DNA of 61,518 nt, filler included, from Nemertoderma westbladi (Eukaryota; Animalia; Xenacoelomorpha), in the NCBI GenBank assembly GCA_032718475.1. It is 3 parts of 3 records of this genome, joined end to end, with 100 filler letters (N's around TTAATTAATTAA, not from the genome) between each part and the next. Parts side by side here need not be neighbours in the genome. Positions count along the whole stretch, not along the records: positions 24,057 to 53,105 come from JAUCBJ010007362.1; positions 53,206 to 61,518 come from JAUCBJ010003434.1; 1 more part is not named here. The stretch is one strand, 5' to 3'. Below are positions 46,725-57,252 of this stretch, in pieces. How positions within the stretch are numbered: position 1 is the first letter of the stretch; each line of letters begins with the position of its first letter. The translations under genes were made by a program, and so were the position numbers. A model generated the notes under the pieces. That model made no database searches and was not told the origin of the DNA. It worked only from the letters and a program-made list of their open reading frames with translations.

Positions 46725-49169
46725 GTGAAAGTTTATCGACTTATAACTCGCAACAGTTACGAACGACAGATGTTCGACAAAGCGAGCCTCAAGTTGGCCT
46801 TGGACCACGCGGTGCTGCAGTCCAACGCTTCCACGTCCTCCGTACGGCCGCAGGAGGCGCTAACTAAAGTCGAGATCGAGGAGATTCTCCGGAAGGGCGC
46901 CTACGGGTCGGTGATGGACGACGAGGAAGCGGCGGAAGGGTTCTGCGAGGAGGACATAGACCAGATCCTACAGAGGAGGACCACTAAACTCATTATAGGT
47001 ACGGAAGGTAAGGGTTCCACGTTCGCGAAGGCGACGTTCAGCGGCTCCAACAACCGGCGGGATATCGACATAAAGGACCCCGACTTCTGGCAGAAGTGGG
47101 CGCACATCGCGGACATCGACGTCTCCGTCGACGCCAAGTCGCCCATCGTCGACGAACCGCGGCAACGACGGCAGACGCGTCGGTTCGGCGACGCGGAGGA
47201 CGCCGCCGAGTTCGTCGCTACGAGTCCCGGAGGCTCGGAGGAGTCGGCGCGGATCCGGAAGCGGCCGCGGGTTGGAGGCGTGACGGAGTCGGCGAACGGG
47301 GCGGATCCCGCGTCGTGGAACCGCCGGGAGACCGGCGCGTTCTACCGGGTCCTCTCGACCTACGGCCTCCTCCGAGACCCAGGGAGCGGCGCCCTCGACT
47401 GGTCCGTGTTCCGGGACCTCGCCAGTCTGCCGCGCCGACGGGACCTCGATCTGGCGCGCTACTACGCGGCGTTCCGCGCCATGTGCGACCGGGTGTGTGG
47501 GATCGACGCGGAGGGGGAGGCGGTGGAGCCGATCTCGGAGAAGCGCGCCCAGCGGTGCGTCGCGCGGGTCGAGTTGCTGCGACGGGTTCGCGAGACGGTG
47601 GCCCCGCATCCCCGATTCGAGGAACTCATCGCGCAGTGCCGGCCGGACGCGGACCTCCCCGGGTGGTGGTGCGTCGGTCGCCACGACAGGGACCTCGTCA
47701 AGGGAGCCACGTGTTACGGCCTCCATCGCACTGAGTCGAACTTTCTTAACGACCCCGAACTCTCGTTCGGAGAGTTGCTGACCGACAAACAGACGGCAGA
47801 CTACACAACCGGCGACCTGATCCCCTCGGCGACCCACTTACAGACTGCCGACACAGTGTCTGCTGACTCTCCTATATCTGACTCGAAATCTACCGACAAA
47901 CTTTCGACGTCAAAAAGTGTCGTGAAAGGGATAGTTTCGTCTCAATCGCAACATCAATCCCCTTCCAATATATCAAAGGTAGAGAATCCAGCGCCACCTA
48001 ACGGCGAGGTAGAGAATCCAGCGCCATCTAACGGCGAGGAAGAGAACCCAACGCCATCAAACGGCGAGGTAGAGAATCCAAGGCCATCTATCGACAGGGT
48101 TGGGAATACACCTCGAACTGAAGGCGAGGTTGATAGACTCGAACAGAAACCGACGGACCTCGAACCATCGGGTTCCCTAAACTGGCCGAAGGACAGAGTT
48201 CTCGCGCTCCGGCTACACAAGATAGCCGATCTGTTCGAGACCGGCTGCTGGCTGGAAGCCAAGCCAGTCGATGACTCTCCGATCCCGCTAGAGGGCGTCG
48301 ATAGACTGGCGACCAAGTCCCAGAGCTCCACGCCGGCGGATCCCCCAGTCGTCGTCGGCGACGGTTCCCTATCAACCAACGGGTACACAACGGTGGTGGA
48401 CTCGTGGTTGGAGTTGCTCCAGACTCAGCAGTACATGCAACTCCAGCAGATGGCGCTGTACCAGGCGCAGTACCTAGCGGCGACGGGAGCGGGGGGCGGG
48501 GTCTACTACAACGGGGTCACCGACTCGCCGTACGGGGTCACCGCCAGCCAATCACCGTCGACCCCCGGCGGCCAACCCGCCCGGTCGCCGTCGCCGTTGA
48601 ACCTAACGACCCGCCCCGTCCCTCCCCGGGGCGTCGGGTCCCCGCTGGTTAACGGCTCGCAGTCCCCCTGCAATCCCGCCCCGGACCAGGACCAACCCTT
48701 GGACTTAACTCTTCCTCGTCGTCATGGCAGCACCAAGTCGCTAGTTGGTAGCAGCAGCCAGCCGTTGCTAGGCAGCAACCAATCATCGATCCCCTTCCAG
48801 CAGTACTTGAACCACCCCGGTGCTCCTTCCTACCACATTCCATCGCCGACTAGCGGGCTGTTTGCGAAACGTTCCTTCCTAGACTCAGCGCCATCTACCT
48901 ACCATTACGGGAAACCGCCGGCGAAACGGGGTCGGAAATCGTTCGACCCCCGGAAACTCGACCTGCACAACATCACGGGGTTGGAGCGAGTCTCGTTGAT
49001 CAACCAGACCACAGGTCATCGGATCGCTGGTAAGGACGCCCCCAGACTAAAGGAACTCAAGTATTTCCTGGACTTGTACCCGGAATACGAGATCCCCTCG
49101 GAATGGAGGGAGATTGTTATTAATCACGGACACCTTCCGGACACCTACCACCACAGGATTCTGCAATAA
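46725..49169 (+). CDS. CHD7: CHD7/kismet-family remodeller, coding exon 2: helicase end, SANT/SLIDE-like region, BRK domain
   Basis: Acceptor tctccccAG|GTG. Motifs FCEEDIDQIL, GSTFAKATF, DPDFWQKWA, WNRRE..FYRV.STYG, WPKDRV and BRK-like ERVSLINQTTGHRIAGKDAPRLKEL. Spliced protein is 1576 aa. Confidence 0.92.
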   Translation: MKVYRLITRNSYERQMFDKASLKLALDHAVLQSNASTSSVRPQEALTKVEIEEILRKGAYGSVMDDEEAAEGFCEEDIDQILQRRTTKLIIGTEGKGSTFAKATFSGSNNRRDIDIKDPDFWQKWAHIADIDVSVDAKSPIVDEPRQRRQTRRFGDAEDAAEFVATSPGGSEESARIRKRPRVGGVTESANGADPASWNRRETGAFYRVLSTYGLLRDPGSGALDWSVFRDLASLPRRRDLDLARYYAAFRAMCDRVCGIDAEGEAVEPISEKRAQRCVARVELLRRVRETVAPHPRFEELIAQCRPDADLPGWWCVGRHDRDLVKGATCYGLHRTESNFLNDPELSFGELLTDKQTADYTTGDLIPSATHLQTADTVSADSPISDSKSTDKLSTSKSVVKGIVSSQSQHQSPSNISKVENPAPPNGEVENPAPSNGEEENPTPSNGEVENPRPSIDRVGNTPRTEGEVDRLEQKPTDLEPSGSLNWPKDRVLALRLHKIADLFETGCWLEAKPVDDSPIPLEGVDRLATKSQSSTPADPPVVVGDGSLSTNGYTTVVDSWLELLQTQQYMQLQQMALYQAQYLAATGAGGGVYYNGVTDSPYGVTASQSPSTPGGQPARSPSPLNLTTRPVPPRGVGSPLVNGSQSPCNPAPDQDQPLDLTLPRRHGSTKSLVGSSSQPLLGSNQSSIPFQQYLNHPGAPSYHIPSPTSGLFAKRSFLDSAPSTYHYGKPPAKRGRKSFDPRKLDLHNITGLERVSLINQTTGHRIAGKDAPRLKELKYFLDLYPEYEIPSEWREIVINHGHLPDTYHHRILQ

Positions 49170-49340
49170 ACTAATTAGTATTTAGATTTTAAATTATTCG
49201 CAGTTTTTTAAAGTTGCAAGGGGTTTGTCAGCGGCAGTAACGAGACTTACTTTTACTCTCGCAAGCAATCAGTTTCAGTCCATTTAGAATCATTTTTCAA
49301 TTTATAGTTTCGGAAGTAAATAAATATATAACATTTTCAG

Positions 49341-49455
49341 TGCTGAGGAAACACCCCGGGAACTGATAGTTCGGTACAAATAGAACGGAAGTGAACCTCT
49401 GCTCTTTGGAAGACGGTTTGTTTAAGGTCCCAGGTTCGAAACCAGGTCTCAGCAT
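49341..49455 (+). other. tRNA-related (SINE-like) sequence just downstream of the CHD stop
   Basis: T-arm/B box ggtcccaGGTTCGAAACCagg, with tgctgag...ctcagca as a closing stem. No normal D or anticodon arm. Confidence 0.4.
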
Positions 49456-49919
49456 TAATTTTTCGACAAGTTCATTCATTCCCACCCATATCGGTTCTAT
49501 TTTTACCTCAGAGTAAGGTTTCACCCAGTAGGTTTCGTCGTCCTTCCATATCAATAAATCTCATCGCTTTAATATCCTTATCGTACTTGCGAGTTTATGT
49601 TTTGTAATAATCAGCAATGGTTCATTTATTTATAGACTTTATTTTCGTAATTGCCTAACTTTTTTTTATTGGATCTCTTCGTAGAGTTATCATTATTGTG
49701 AAGACAAGTTCATTTGATTATATTTCTTCCACTTGAATCTCCTACCGTAACAATAAATACTTACTGTAGTTCATAACTGTTAAAACTATTTTCCACAATT
49801 AATTGAATTGAATTTCCACTTTTCCATTATGTCAGTGTTCGGTTTTTTTTAAATAATGTATGTGACTTATTGTGCTCTATGGTCTACGTCATAAATTCGG
49901 ATTTACAAAATAGCGGGAA

Positions 49920-51376
49920 AATATAGTATCGGTACTACAAAATATACTATCTGTACTATCAACGTATACTATCTGTACTACCAAAATATTATATCGGTAT
50001 TACTAAAATATACTATCGGTATTACTAAAATATACTATCGGTTCTTATCAAAATGTACTATTGGTATTACTTAAATTTACTATCGGTTTTTTTCAAAATA
50101 TACTATCGGTACAACCAAAATTTACTATCGGTTCTTATCAAAATATACTATCAGTATTACTTAATATACTATCGGTACTACCAAAATTTACTATCGGTAC
50201 TACCAAAATTTTCTATCGGTACTACCAAAATTTACTATCAGTACTATCAAAATACTCTATCGGTACTACCAAAATTTACTATCGGTACTACCAAAATTTA
50301 CTATCAGTACTATCAAAATACTCTATCGGTGCTACCAAAATATACTATCGGTACTACCAAAATATCTATCGGTATTACTAAAATATACTATCGGTTCTTA
50401 TGAAAATATACTATTAGTACTACCAAAATATACTTTCGGTACTATCAAAATACTATCGGTACTATCAAAATACTATCGGTACTATCAAAATATACTATCG
50501 GTACTATCAAAATATCTATCGGTCAGTTCTTATAAAAATATACTATCAGTACTACCAACATATACTTTCGGTACTATCAAAATACTATCGGTACTATCAA
50601 AATACTATCGGTACTATCAAAATACTCTATCGGTACTACCAAAATATACTATCAGTACTACCAAAATACTATCGGAACTATCAAAATATACTATCGGTAC
50701 TAACAAAATACTATCGGTACTATCAAAATATAATATTGGTACTATCAAAATACTATTGGTACTATCAAAATACTATCGGTACTATCAAAATATACTATCG
50801 GTACTATCAAAATTCTATTGGTATTATCAAAACACTATCGGTTCTTATCAAAATATACTATCGGTATTACTAAAATATACTCTCGGTACTACCAAAATAC
50901 TCTATCGGTACTACCAAAATATACTATCGGTACTATCAAAGTATACTATCGGTACTACCAAATTATATATCAGTATTACTAAAATATACTATCGGTTCTT
51001 ATCAAAATATACTATCGGTTCTTATGAACATATACTATCAGTACTACCAAAATATACTTTCGGTACTATCAAAATACTATCGGTACTATCAAAATATTAT
51101 CCGTACTATGAAAATATACTATCGGTACTATCAAAATACTATCGATACTATCGGTACTACCAACATATCTATCGGTACTATCAAAATATACTATCACTAT
51201 CGGTACTATCAAAATACTATCAGTACTATCAAAATATACTATCGGTCCTTATCAAAATATACTATCGGTTCTTATGAACATATACTATCAGTACTACCAA
51301 AATATCTATCGGTACTATCAAAATATACTATCAGTACTATCAAAATACTATCAGTACTATCAAAATATACTATCGG
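49920..51376. repeat. 20-22-bp minisatellite
   Basis: tactatcggtacta(c/t)caaaa(ta) repeated over ~1.45 kb. Confidence 0.95.
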
Positions 51377-51779
51377 CTTGTAAGTAGAGTTTCCTACACC
51401 GGTGTTAACTGTCCAAAAATCATGGAACTATTATTTCAATCAATACTAATTATTTCTTACTTATTAATTAATCGGTACAATGATATATGATATAGATTAT
51501 ATGTGCCTATATATAGTAAATTAAGTATTTGACCTCTTTGACTTCTACATTGTCATATTTTTTTATTATACAGTATTTACTGTCTCTCTGTTTATATGTG
51601 TATGTATTGTTTGTATAATAAATAGCCCCTGTTTCAGCCTGTTCTGTAACTTTTACGCTAAATATTATGTATTAATTTCATTCAATGGTAATGTCTTATA
51701 TGCACTTACTCTAATGAGGTCAATATATGTCTCAAAAACGTACAGAGTATTATTATTATATTGGGTTTCTTTATAATCT

Positions 51780-52299
51780 CTGCCGTACAATGTAAAATGA
51801 CCTTAAGTTGCATTTTTTCAAAATTCACTTTTTCACTCTTTCTGGGTCTAAAAAATGCGCTCTATCTAATGGTATAATCGAGAACACCGTATCTACTTTA
51901 GTTCTCGAGATATGCAATGTAGAACGGCCGTAAGTTACAAAGGAAAAAGACTAAGTCACTTAAATTTTCGCGAAAAAACCGTAAGTCAACAAGACCTGCC
52001 AGAGTATTGTCATTGCATAGATAATAAGAAAACGCACATACGGTTTTTTTGAAATATGTATTTACATACAGGTTGTATAATGCAAAAACACCTTAAGTAT
52101 GGTACAAAAATTACCCTGAAGTCAAAATATTAATGAAAAGTCAAAAATAATTACGTAGATTCCCACCCCCAATTGCGTAGGGTTATAAAAAATTAGTAAT
52201 TTATGGACATTTTAAACCAACAATCGGAAGGAAAACAGTAATTTGCGTTTTACTCAAATGACTTTTTGTGACTTGCGGTTTTTTTACATTGCACGGCAG
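51780..52299. mobile_element. MITE with a 4-bp TSD (Sola-like)
   Basis: TIRs ctgccgtacaatgtaaaa / ttttacattgcacggcag, with ATCT on both flanks. Confidence 0.7.
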
Positions 52300-53105
52300 A
52301 TCTGGTGTAAATGCTACCCGAATCCTGTATCTAAACAGAGAAGAATTCAAAACTGATGTACACTGCACGTCAAATAGTCTGCGCAGGGCTATTTGAATCA
52401 ATTACTGTTTAATTAAGAATATTATAAAAAATGTTAATGGAGGTAAACTTAATCATTTGTTTTTATATAAATTGGAAAATTAAAATATTATACTTCACTT
52501 ACATAACTTAACATTATTTTATTCCATTTGTTTTAATTGTAAGCGGATTCAATTCCACTTCATTACCCACCAGAAAATGGGACTAGTGGCATTTTCAGCA
52601 ATATGTTGGAGATACAAGATTACCAATATCAATCTCGTATCATAACCAACATTGGGGGGGGGGGGGGGGGGGGGGGCAACACAAGCCCCGAAGCCACATA
52701 GAAAGGAAGGTTAGAGGTCAAACCACCTCGGTAGGAACACAGCTAGTAGAGGCTAGCAGCGGGGGGGGGGGGGGGGGGAACACTCCCAGAGAGTGCCAAG
52801 GTAAAGAGTAGTATATTAGCCAATAGAGGGGAGGGAAGCAAGTGATAGGGAACAGGAAAGCATCCATTGGGTAGAAGGCCAAAGTAGAGTAGGAAGTGAA
52901 GCAATATTCAGTGTATCAGTTATATATTATCAGATTGTTGGATTGGTATAATCAGTTGTGTTACTCAGTTTGGTGCAGACCGGTAATAATTATTGACCGT
53001 CATTGGCACTATCATACCGGTAACCAGTTTATCTGTATTTCTGCTGTTATTCACTGTGCTATCATCGGACATTTTTCTAACATCGAGAGACAACAGTAAC
53101 TCTAT

Positions 53106-53205
53106 NNNNNNNNNNNNNNNNNNNNNNNNNNNNNNNNNNNNNNNNNNNNTTAATTAATTAANNNNNNNNNNNNNNNNNNNNNNNNNNNNNNNNNNNNNNN
53201 NNNNN
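53106..53205. other. Assembly gap / artificial contig linker
   Basis: N44-TTAATTAATTAA-N44. Confidence 0.97.
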
Positions 53206-54880
53206 TATTGAATTAAGATTATTCGGGTATTATGTATTATTATATATATTAATAAATAGATCTGAATATATTTATAAAAAAATAAAAAAAAAATATAATA
53301 ATAATAATAAAATTTTAAATTTGTAACAAATTTCTGGCAATGCATCAATCATGTTTGGTGCTATTTTGGCCCCCCAGGACGAAAAGTACAAGTAAAAAAT
53401 TGTCAAATTAAACATTTTGTGTTTTGTTTGATAATTCTGAACGTATATATGGGTTTTCGAGGTCGCTGATCAGGATGAAAGTAGTTATAAATATTTCTGG
53501 ATGTGCAAACCCAATTTTGGTGCCATGCTGGTCTGGTGCCCCACAACGAAAAGTACAAGTAGCTAACATTACAAACTGTTAAACTGTTATTGGTAATTCT
53601 GAAGCTCTACTGGTTTTCAAAGCCGCTGATAACGATACAACTCGTTAAAATAATTCGTAAATAAAAAAATGAAAATTTTGCTTCAAATCTTGCATTCGAT
53701 TACTAATAATGAATTCAACAAACCAAAAAACCATAGTATGGTTTCATGGTTATACCAAAGTCTTTGAAGGGTGAAGTATTTTGTGTAATTATATCAATTC
53801 CGAAAGGAGTTGATATGGTATGGGTGCCAGGAACTCCTCATATCTCGAAAACTACTGGGGCTATTAAAATTTTATTTGTCTCATCTGAAAGAGGACATCA
53901 TTTTAGTTAGGGACAAGTACTGTACTTTCGACGCGCTAGACATATTGTTTCAGGGGTTCTATTTAAGAGAAATAACTGGCCCACTAAATTTAGGGGCTTT
54001 GCAGCAGCTTGGCGGGTCGTATAGTACAGTAGGTCATGATACTGTATTTAGAAGGTTTTCGAAAAGGAAAAGGGTACTGCATTTTCGATTTTTTATGTTT
54101 TACGGCAGCAGAGGGGACATATATCCATATTGTTGACATAGCATGAGCAGTGCACATAACAACATAGTTAGCAAAGCCAGCAAGAAGGCGCCCTTTTAGA
54201 CGTACAGCCCACCCACCACACACATATCAGAGTACTTCCCATATTGAATGATTGACATTACATAACGGTAGTTGGCTAGCTTTGATGAGCGGAGCGCCGC
54301 TGTCCCATAGGGTTAATGTAAAAATACTATCTCTTGGAAGACGATTTTCTGAGTAGATACACTTGGAACCAAATGTCCCAATGTGGGTCCAGGGGAATGG
54401 ATAATTAAATTCGTACTGTATCGTACAGTAGTTGTGTTTCAATTATCAAGCAATATGATAAAGATTTGTAAAAAATTTTAAAAATCAGAAAATGACGAGT
54501 CAGTACTAATAATAACCTCGTCTGTTTCTACTATTCTATTAAATGATTTTTAACCAAGAACAGGACAACATTAAATTAAATTAACTAAGCCTACTCACTA
54601 CTCTGCATTTCTGAATTTAGTATTCCATTATCCATTATAGTTTATTATTGGTGTTATGGGTGAATCAGTGGTTTCATATTATTATAACTTTTTGTTGGGC
54701 ACAGCTTTTGGACGCCATTGCCGACTTTGCAAAAGATCTGCCCAAAAAAAAGTTATAATTATCCATTATGTCACATCCATCAAGAAGTAGTCAGTAGTAG
54801 GCCTACAACAATAATGCCACCACTGCCATAGCCAACGCCAGGTATACAGGTATACAGGTATTCTATTTTCGAACCGTATA

Positions 54881-55971
54881 CTTTTCGACCTACGCGTAGG
54901 CCTACGCGTAGCTACGCGTAGTTCGCAACATTGGGTCATATATCACCAGTTTCAGAGTTTTAACATTAACTACGCGTAGGTCCTACGCGACCTACACGTA
55001 GGTCCTACGCGACCTACGCGTAGGTGCTACGTATAACTACGCGTAGGTGCTACCCATAATTATACGTATACGACGTTTATCATTAGTAGGCCTACGTATT
55101 CCAAGCGGTTCAGTACTAAAATAAGACACTGTATGTTCATTAAACAACCCACAAACCATCAAATGCTTTCAACAGTAATGTATCCTATACCTGTATACTC
55201 TATATAGAGCTGTAGAGGCATACGTGTACGCTAAGACTACATATTCTTCACTTCATGCGTTGCGGGCGCTAACATGTGTTAATAATGTTTAGAGTTCAAA
55301 AATAGTTTACAAAGGAAATAGGCCGATGGTTCTTATCGATCCTCCATTGCTTTTTATTGCCTTAGTTCACGATAGGGCAAGGGTATATTTAATATGTTAA
55401 CCCCTTGACAAGGGAAGGGGAGTCTAAATTGTCTACCATGATTGGTTGCACTTGTTATTTGACCAAACAATTGAATTATATGCAGTATTTATCAGCTTTC
55501 GCTTTAACCACTTCACCGGTAGACTGGCAGAATGGTAGCTTACTACTTTAGAATATTTAAATAATCCAATGGAAACAAAGATACTTGAATCATGAGACTT
55601 GAATTTTAAGTCTACTTATTTTATTCATCCTGTATTTGTATGTGAAAGAGCCGAATATTATTTATTACCAGTGCTGTATGTAGAGATATGAGCTTCCGAT
55701 TCTGTTATTCCATTTGTCTGATAATCAGATAGGCCTACCTGCTGACATATACCGATACTTGCCTAACAACTCAACCCTACCGGACCTGGAATGAAAAATC
55801 ATTGTTATCAGGACTGCACCTACGCGTAGTTTCAAAAAAGCTACGCGTAGTTCCATAATAACTACGCGTAGTTTTAAAACACCTACGCGTAGTTGTTAAA
55901 AAGGCAGTAAGTGACGGTAAATGACAGGAATGGAAGTTACAAACTACGCGTAGCTACGCGTAGGTCGAAAA
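54881..55971. mobile_element. MITE-like element with subterminal CTACGCGTAG palindromes
   Basis: Inverted ends cttttcgacctacgcgtag / ctacgcgtaggtcgaaaag, with about a dozen CTACGCGTAG copies clustered at both ends. Confidence 0.7.
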
Positions 55972-56451
55972 GATTTACCCCTAGCTCTGTCTGTAGCTCT
56001 GTAGCTACCTGCTACAAACTGACAAATGCTGAAATGCAATAGGCCTAGTCCAGTAGTCCTGGGTTTCTGAGTTTCTGAGTTTGTACAGCAACAGCAGTAC
56101 AGTCAGTGTCAGACAGTGAATTTGTTAGGCCTACTGTGTTAAGGCTACCGGTATCGCGCTATCGGTTATGTCAGTATGTAGGCCTATAGGACTGTCATAT
56201 GTATATTATGGCTATATTTGGTTTATTATTCTAGTTAGGTTAGGCCTAGTGCCTGCGTAGGTCATTATCGGCCCTTATCCAGTTATCTGCTTATGGCAAT
56301 GTGGCAATAATGTCGGAAGTTCCGCTAAATTTCTTAGTTAGATTGTGGCTTAGGGTTACGTTTACTGGTTTAGGCTGCTACCACTATGGTGGCCCATCGC
56401 TATCATGTATTTCCATGTATTTTTTAAACATTTCAGCATTTTATGTGTTAA

Positions 56452-57167
56452 ATGTGAAATTGAAAATCACAATTGAAAATCGGACATCGTACCGGTATTT
56501 GAAAATCGAAAATCACCACTGAAAATCTGACATCGTATTTGTAAATCGAAAATCACAATAAAAAAACCGGACATCGTATTTGAAAATCGAAAATCGTATT
56601 TGAAAATTGTTTTTTAAAATTGTATTTGAAAAATAAATTGAATTTTAAAAATGTGCCATATTTTCGCATAGCGCCAAATGCCCCCCAGAGCATTTTCACC
56701 CCTGATTTCGAGAGTGGCGGTCAAAACCCTAATTAAAACTGTCGTGTAGCCCTAACATTACGAAGGGTCCAAAATTCCACAAAATTTCTTAGATTAGAGC
56801 CTTATGACTTACAGACTTAGGGTTAGGGTTACATGACAGTTTTAAATAGGGTCTTGGGCAGCCATTTCAATTTGAATTACAGTACGGTTTCGGACCGCCA
56901 CTCTCCAAATCTGGGGGGAAAATGCCCTTGGGGGGGGGGGGGGGGTGGGGTGGTGGGTTGGGTAGGGCGTAACGCGAAAATGCCCGGGAGGCATTCCGCG
57001 CCGCCGAGGGGGGGGGGGGGTGGGGGGGGGGGGGTCATTTTCGCCAGTTTTCAATTTTCAAATACAATTTCCAATTTTAAAATACGATGTCCGATTTTCA
57101 GTTGTGTTGTGATTTTCGATTTTCAAATACGATGCCTGATTTTTAATTGTGATTTTCAATTTCACAT
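56452..57167. mobile_element. MITE-like inverted-repeat element just upstream of dymeclin
   Basis: atgtgaaattgaaaatcacaattgaaaatcggacatcgta... is mirrored at 57050-57167. Confidence 0.7.
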
Positions 57168-57215
57168 CACAAACCCAACAAAGCAGAAAGGGTAAGGACT
57201 GGCTCGCTACATTTG

Positions 57216-57250
57216 TACTAACAAACTCACTCGCGCTCTCCTACCAGTAG
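57216..57250 (+). promoter_or_regulatory. Putative branch point and 3' splice acceptor in the dymeclin 5' UTR
   Basis: TACTAAC at 57216-57222, a pyrimidine-rich tract, then CAGTAG immediately before ccATG. Confidence 0.55.
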
Positions 57251-57252
57251 CC

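Noticed and set aside
49343-49400. Hammerhead at CTGAGGA
   Set aside because: I could not build a stem II closed by GAAA or a compatible stem I/III.
50053-51383. Tyr/Ile-rich ORFs
   Set aside because: They are translations of the 20-22-bp minisatellite.
56817-56831. Telomeric TTAGGG repeat
   Set aside because: Only ~2.5 units, inside a MITE-like element.
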